In this document: in pieces, positions 58,269 to 64,000 of the stretch
Layout of the letters: every line of letters begins with the position of its first letter
Position numbering within the stretch: the first letter of the stretch is position 1
NCBI RefSeq assembly: GCF_009914755.1
Contig: NC_060936.1
Length of the DNA: 64,000 nucleotides
Reading direction: 5' to 3' (one strand)
Source: the human T2T-CHM13v2.0 reference genome, Homo sapiens
Program-made: the position numbers and the translations under genes
The notes under the pieces: model-generated
Told to the model about the DNA's origin: nothing
The model's input: the letters and a program-made list of their open reading frames with translations, nothing else
Databases searched by the model: none

Positions 58269-59015
58269 TTCTAGGGAATGACTCTCCTCACATGTCCCGC
58301 ACTCTGACACAAAGGTGATCCGCTGCTTCAGTGGAACAGTGTCTGTCTTCAACCCATGCAGGGACAATTTCAGGCACTGGGCAGCATTTGTTCATCTTTA
58401 AGCTTTTCTCCTCCAAGTCTCTCTTTTGCAAACCTTGACCCCGGCCCCTGCTTGCCAGCCAGACAGCTCTCACAACCACAAAACAAATGACTGAGTGGCA
58501 GCAGCTATTGACAGGGAACCCGGTTGCCCTCTATCATGCTTAGTTCAGTAGTTTGTTTGGGAGGTTGTGGCTTGATTACCTGTGTGCCTGTGGCTGAAGT
58601 TTTATATTACAGGAGTATAATATCCTCCTGTTTCCTGTTAGAAAAACCACTCCTAGTTTGCACAGTGGGATTAAGTGCCTTAATGTTGCACGGAATTCTG
58701 AGAAACCATCATAACTTCTGCTGTGTGCATTTAAGACCTCTGAATTAGAATCTTTCCCTCCCTCCCTCCCTCTCCCCCTCCCTCCCTCCCTTCCTTCCTT
58801 TCTTCTTTCCTTCTGTCTCACTTGCCTCCCACAATTCCTTATTGAACATGCTTTTGTTTTAGGCAAATTAAATTAAACCGTTACAAAAATCTTACAGGAT
58901 TTATTTTATACTCCTTATTTTACAGGGAGCAAAACTGAGGTTTAGAAGTGTTAAAATGGTTTGCTTGAGGATGCACAGGAATGCTCAAGGAGGAGCCGTG
59001 GATTAAAAGCAGGAT

Positions 59016-59397
<382 letters not shown>

Positions 59398-59679
59398 CAG
59401 GATGTCTGATTCCAGTGCCCAGGGAGAAGAGAAACCAGCTCTCTGAAATCGGGGGATGTGGGGTGGGGTTATCTAAAAGGCGGTAGCCCTAAAGACTGTC
59501 TGCTCCTGTGGAGAGAGGGGAAGAACTGACTTTCTATGAATAGGCACCCTGTGGCAGACACTGTGCCCCACAGTCTATGTTGGTTACAGGGTCATCAAGA
59601 GGGCACCATGGGATCCAGTGGGTCTGATCACTCCCATTTTGCAGATGGAGAAGTTGAGGCTCTTAGAAGTTAAGTCCCA

Positions 59680-60114
<435 letters not shown>

Positions 60115-60459
60115 TCAGCTTTCCTGAACTGATCTATCAATATGTACAGAGCACAGAGAAGCAAAATCCCTCATTGTCCAGAGAGAAGAGCAAATCCCAT
60201 CTTAGTCCTTCCCAATGACTCTCATGATGATAATGATAACCACCATCCAATGGGTGTCTGCTTAGATCCGAGGGCTTTACTCTCCATGTGGTCCTCACGG
60301 AACCTTGTGAGGTAGGTACCATCATCCCCACTTTACAGATGAGGAGGACAATGAGGCCCAGGGAGGTTAAGTAATTGCCCAAGTTCTCACAGTGAGTCTG
60401 TGGCTGGACTTCAGTTGGATCTGCTGCTGGTTCCAAAGCCCATGCTCTTTCTAGGGCTA

Positions 60460-60920
60460 CTATATCAGTCAGCTAATGCTGGGGAACAAACTGCCCCCAT
60501 ATGCAGAAGCTTAACACAACAATCTCTTATTATATTGCACTTCCCTGTGGGTTTAGCTCATCCCAGCTGGGCTTTCTCAAGCTTCTGAGGGTTGGCCTAG
60601 AGGCTATATGCTAGGTTGGGCTTGGTTGGGGCACCTTAGTTGGGCCAGCCATGTCCATATCTCTCTCATCTTCTTCCTTGGACCAGAAGGCATGTCCTTT
60701 TCATGGCGATGACAGAAGTACAAGAGAACAGGTAGAAACATGCAAGGCTTCTTAAGGCCTGTACTTAGAACTGGGACACTGTTGTTTCTGCAGCATTTGA
60801 TTAAATTCAACCAGCCATGTGGCTGAACCCAGATTTAAGGGACAAGGAAATGGACTTCTTCTTAGAAGGAAAAACTGCAAATGACAAACAACATGCATAT
60901 AAGGCAATATAAAGAATTGG
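60460..60920 (-). mobile_element. MLT1-family LTR fragment
   Basis: AGAAACATGCAAGGCTTCTTAAGGCCT...AGAACTGG. Confidence 0.55.
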
Positions 60921-61433
60921 GGCTAATGAAATAATTGGCTCTAACTGCTCAGTAGCTTAAGTCTGGATGGAGAGAGAACACTGATCTATATAGCAAATAA
61001 GAGTGCACCAGGGGAGACCCCAAGAGGTGAACATTCTCCTGTTTGAGTCTGAAAGGTACAGGCATTTAGAGGAGGTGATCTCAGAGGAATTTTGGGAAAA
61101 GAACAGTTTTGAGCAGTTATTGAGGGATGGTGAGGCAGAAAGGAGGAAGGAAATGCATTCAATGAGGCAGGAGACTGAAAGTAGCTTGCAAGCTCTTGAA
61201 GGCCAGAGATCATTTTACTCAACGTGTAGCTTTTGGATGGCGAGCTGTGCCTGGCACATAATAGGTGCCTAATAAGGAAGAGTGAAGACATGGGGAGAGT
61301 GAAGGGTGAGTGAGGAGGTCATTTTGGGGTGTGGGCTTCCTCCTCCCTAGGAATTTTTGGGAACTTAGTAGACTCTCTGGGCTGGTTTAGGGACAGTCTG
61401 GGTCAGAGAAAGGAAAGGACCATGTGACATGGC

Positions 61434-61436
<3 letters not shown>

Positions 61437-61471
<35 letters not shown>
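61437..61471. repeat. (GT)n microsatellite
   Basis: Read directly. Confidence 0.95.
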
Positions 61472-61472
<1 letters not shown>

Positions 61473-63119
61473 ACGCGTGCTCTGGCTCTGTCTTTAGCAG
61501 TGGCACCAACAAAAGTTCCCACATGTATTGTCTATCTTCTTCTACTAGCTTGTAAGCTGCAGAAGGGCAGGGATTTTTGAAATTTTGTTTGTTGCTTTCC
61601 TCTCAGAACCTAGAACAGTAGTACCTGGTCCATAGTAGATGCTCAATAAGTGTCTGTTGAATGAATGAAGGAGTGGATACAAATCTGTCTACAGGGTAGG
61701 GGTTATTATTATCCCCATCTTGTAGATGAGGAAACTGAGGCTTAGCGTTTGAGTGACTGAGATGGTACAGGCAGGCTGCCAGACTGTCAAAGTCCAAGGT
61801 TTACTCTCTACTCCAAACTGCCCCTAATTTCACAAGCAGCCTGTTAACTGGAACAGCAGACAAAAAGCAAGAGAAAAAATTCTCTTTTAATCCCATGCCA
61901 TAATTGCTTTCTGAGATTTCGGAGCAGGCCTTATCTATATGCAGATGTCTTGTGCAGGCTTATTTTCTTGTTGGACATACAAGGAGCGGCCACCAACCAC
62001 TTATTCCAGGAAAACAGGAGTTTGGGGCTCAGATGTTGGGAGGTGCCCTGGATCTGCCCCCCCACCCCCGCAAGTTGCAACTACCCAGGTCCCTCTGTGG
62101 AAGCATCAGGCAGGCAATAGCTCAAATTCTTTACACTGAGCCCTTTGTTGGGTACTGTGGCGCTTGGCTATGTCATGAGACAGAGGTGCCCAGGACACCA
62201 GAGCAGACATAGTCCACATGTGACTCATGTGACCCCATCTTGGGGCACAGCTTTTGCATGTGAGTTGGTGCAAGTGGGTGTCTGGGGGACAGAATCGTCA
62301 CACTTCATTCCTTATAATATCCCTTAGCTCCTAATGATAATACTAGCCACCCTGGGCCTCGGTTTCCTTCTCTGTATAATGGGAATAAGTCTCCACTTCA
62401 CAAGGTCACGGAGGGATTGGATGGTTTAGTGCTCAGAGGGCACCTAGAGCACAGCCTGCATGTACAAGAGCCTGGATGCATTGGTGCTTCTTATGATCAC
62501 TCTGTCTTGTGCATTTCTTGCTTAACCCATATGGCAGCTTCATGAGCCACATGCTATCATTTTGCATATGACCATATTCAATAACAGTCATAGGCATCTC
62601 ATTCATCATAGCACAAACTCATCCTCATTGAATGCTTACCCTCTGCCACGTGTGCTGTGCTAAGTTCTGTACGTGGACTACTCATCGAATCTGAGAATCT
62701 TACTATTCCCATTTTTACAAATGAGGAAACTGAGGCACGGAGGGTTTTGATGACTTGTCTACTGTTGTACATCAAGCCTGTGGCTGGGCCCCGTGCACAC
62801 ACTTCCGGCTTCCCTTCTCTGCTGTTGTCTTCCTTCCTGGGATATAGCCCTCAGTGGGAACTGAGCAGGCCCTTTGCCCACTGCTGGGCCCCAGAAACGA
62901 GAGAGCCTAGCCCATGTGCTGACCCAGGCCTCCCTCCCCAGGCCCCAGCCCTCTCTGCCCTTCTAGTGTCCTTGACCCTGTGTGGCGAGGGGTCACCGCC
63001 TCATCTGTATGGCTCCCACAGAAAGCCAGCGACGGCTCCCAATGCATCACGGAGTGGCAGTCACGCCAGAGCCGGGGTGTCATTTCCATCCATCTTTCTC
63101 CAACCGCTCCCTGTCACGA

Positions 63120-63520
63120 AGCAAGGGAGGTCGGGGTGTGGGGGGAGGAAGAGGGGAAGATGGATGGGGTGGGGGCTGAGAGGCAGGGATGGGAGTGGGA
63201 AGGGAGGAGGGAGCGGAGGAGGAGGAGAAGAATGGAGGGGAAGGAGAAAAGGGGAAAAGAAGGAAGAAAGGCCCCAGGGGGAGAGATTGCTGAGTAAGGG
63301 AGATGAGGAAAGAAATGAGAAGGGAGGAGAGGACGCTGTGAGCTAGAAGGAAGTGGCCAGCAAGAGAACTAGGAGAGGGAGGCAGAGGGAGGAGGGGATG
63401 GGAGAGAGAAGCAGAGAAGGCTGAGGAGGGACGCTGGGGAAAGAGGAGTGTGGGAAGAAAATGCAGTTTTAAGGAAGGTGGAAAGGCGGCAGAAACTGGA
63501 GGCAGGGAGGCAAGGAGAGG
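63120..63520 (+). repeat. G/A-rich tract with a canonical G-quadruplex motif at 63186-63204
   Basis: GGGATGGGAGTGGGAAGGG plus further G-runs. Confidence 0.8.
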
Positions 63521-64000
63521 CGACTTGGACTGCCCCAGCCTGTTTGTTTATTTGTTTTCTCAATTCCAACAGCCTCCCCCCGCTCTGTAGCCCTGGGCAA
63601 AGTCTAAATCAAAGCAGAGGTGGGAGGGGAGCTCCTAGCAGATGCGCCTGCAGGGCTGGGCCCTGAGCTGTCCCCAGACCCCAGAGAGGGGCCTGACAAA
63701 TGGAGGGACCTCAACTAGGGCTGCTCAATGTCACTGCTCCATGAGGTCTCTCATCCTCCACCAGGCTTGTGGGGTTCTTTGCATGATGGTCTCAGGATTC
63801 CAAAAAGCAGCAAGTTAGGGAAAGCTCTAATGCACAAGCACGTTGTAAGACTCCACTCACATCATATTTACTAATGTCTCATTGGCCAAAGCAAGCCACG
63901 TGGCCAAGTCTAGCTTCAAGGGAGAGAGAAATGGGGGAGCGACATCCTCAATCCCCACTTGTCTTGGGCCAAGCTGGCTTGGGCTCTCATGAAGGCATTG

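Noticed and set aside
62657-63346. 229-aa ORF
   Set aside because: Starts in MIR-like sequence and ends in the purine tract.

Overview
Primate (almost certainly human) non-coding DNA. It contains about 35 Alus, many MIR, L2 and old L1 fragments, hAT MITEs (MER20, MER58, MER5, MER3) and MaLR/ERV1 LTRs (a full-length THE1A, a truncated THE1B-like element, MST, MLT1, MER41B, MER57). No cellular protein-coding gene or RNA gene can be supported; every ORF examined reads as repeat or low-complexity sequence, or as an unrecognisable chance ORF. Several repeat-free, CpG-retaining blocks rich in homeodomain/POU motifs (about 16.3-17.0, 27.4, 31.0, 35.5-36.4, 48.4 and 53.0 kb) resemble developmental enhancers. 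I found no new gene system. The most unusual structures are: (1) two local inverted duplications around an inverted Alu pair at 20.4-23.0 kb, consistent with template switching; (2) a 21-bp tandem array in an MST LTR that multiplies AP-1 sites in helical phase; (3) a THE1A inserted into an AluJ, with its 1353-bp MaLR reading frame still in register; (4) a poly(A)-only insertion with a 22-bp TSD; (5) a MER41B LTR with one intact GAS site next to an enhancer-like block. Repeat names come from recalled consensus sequences and boundaries were read by eye; the locus could not be identified.
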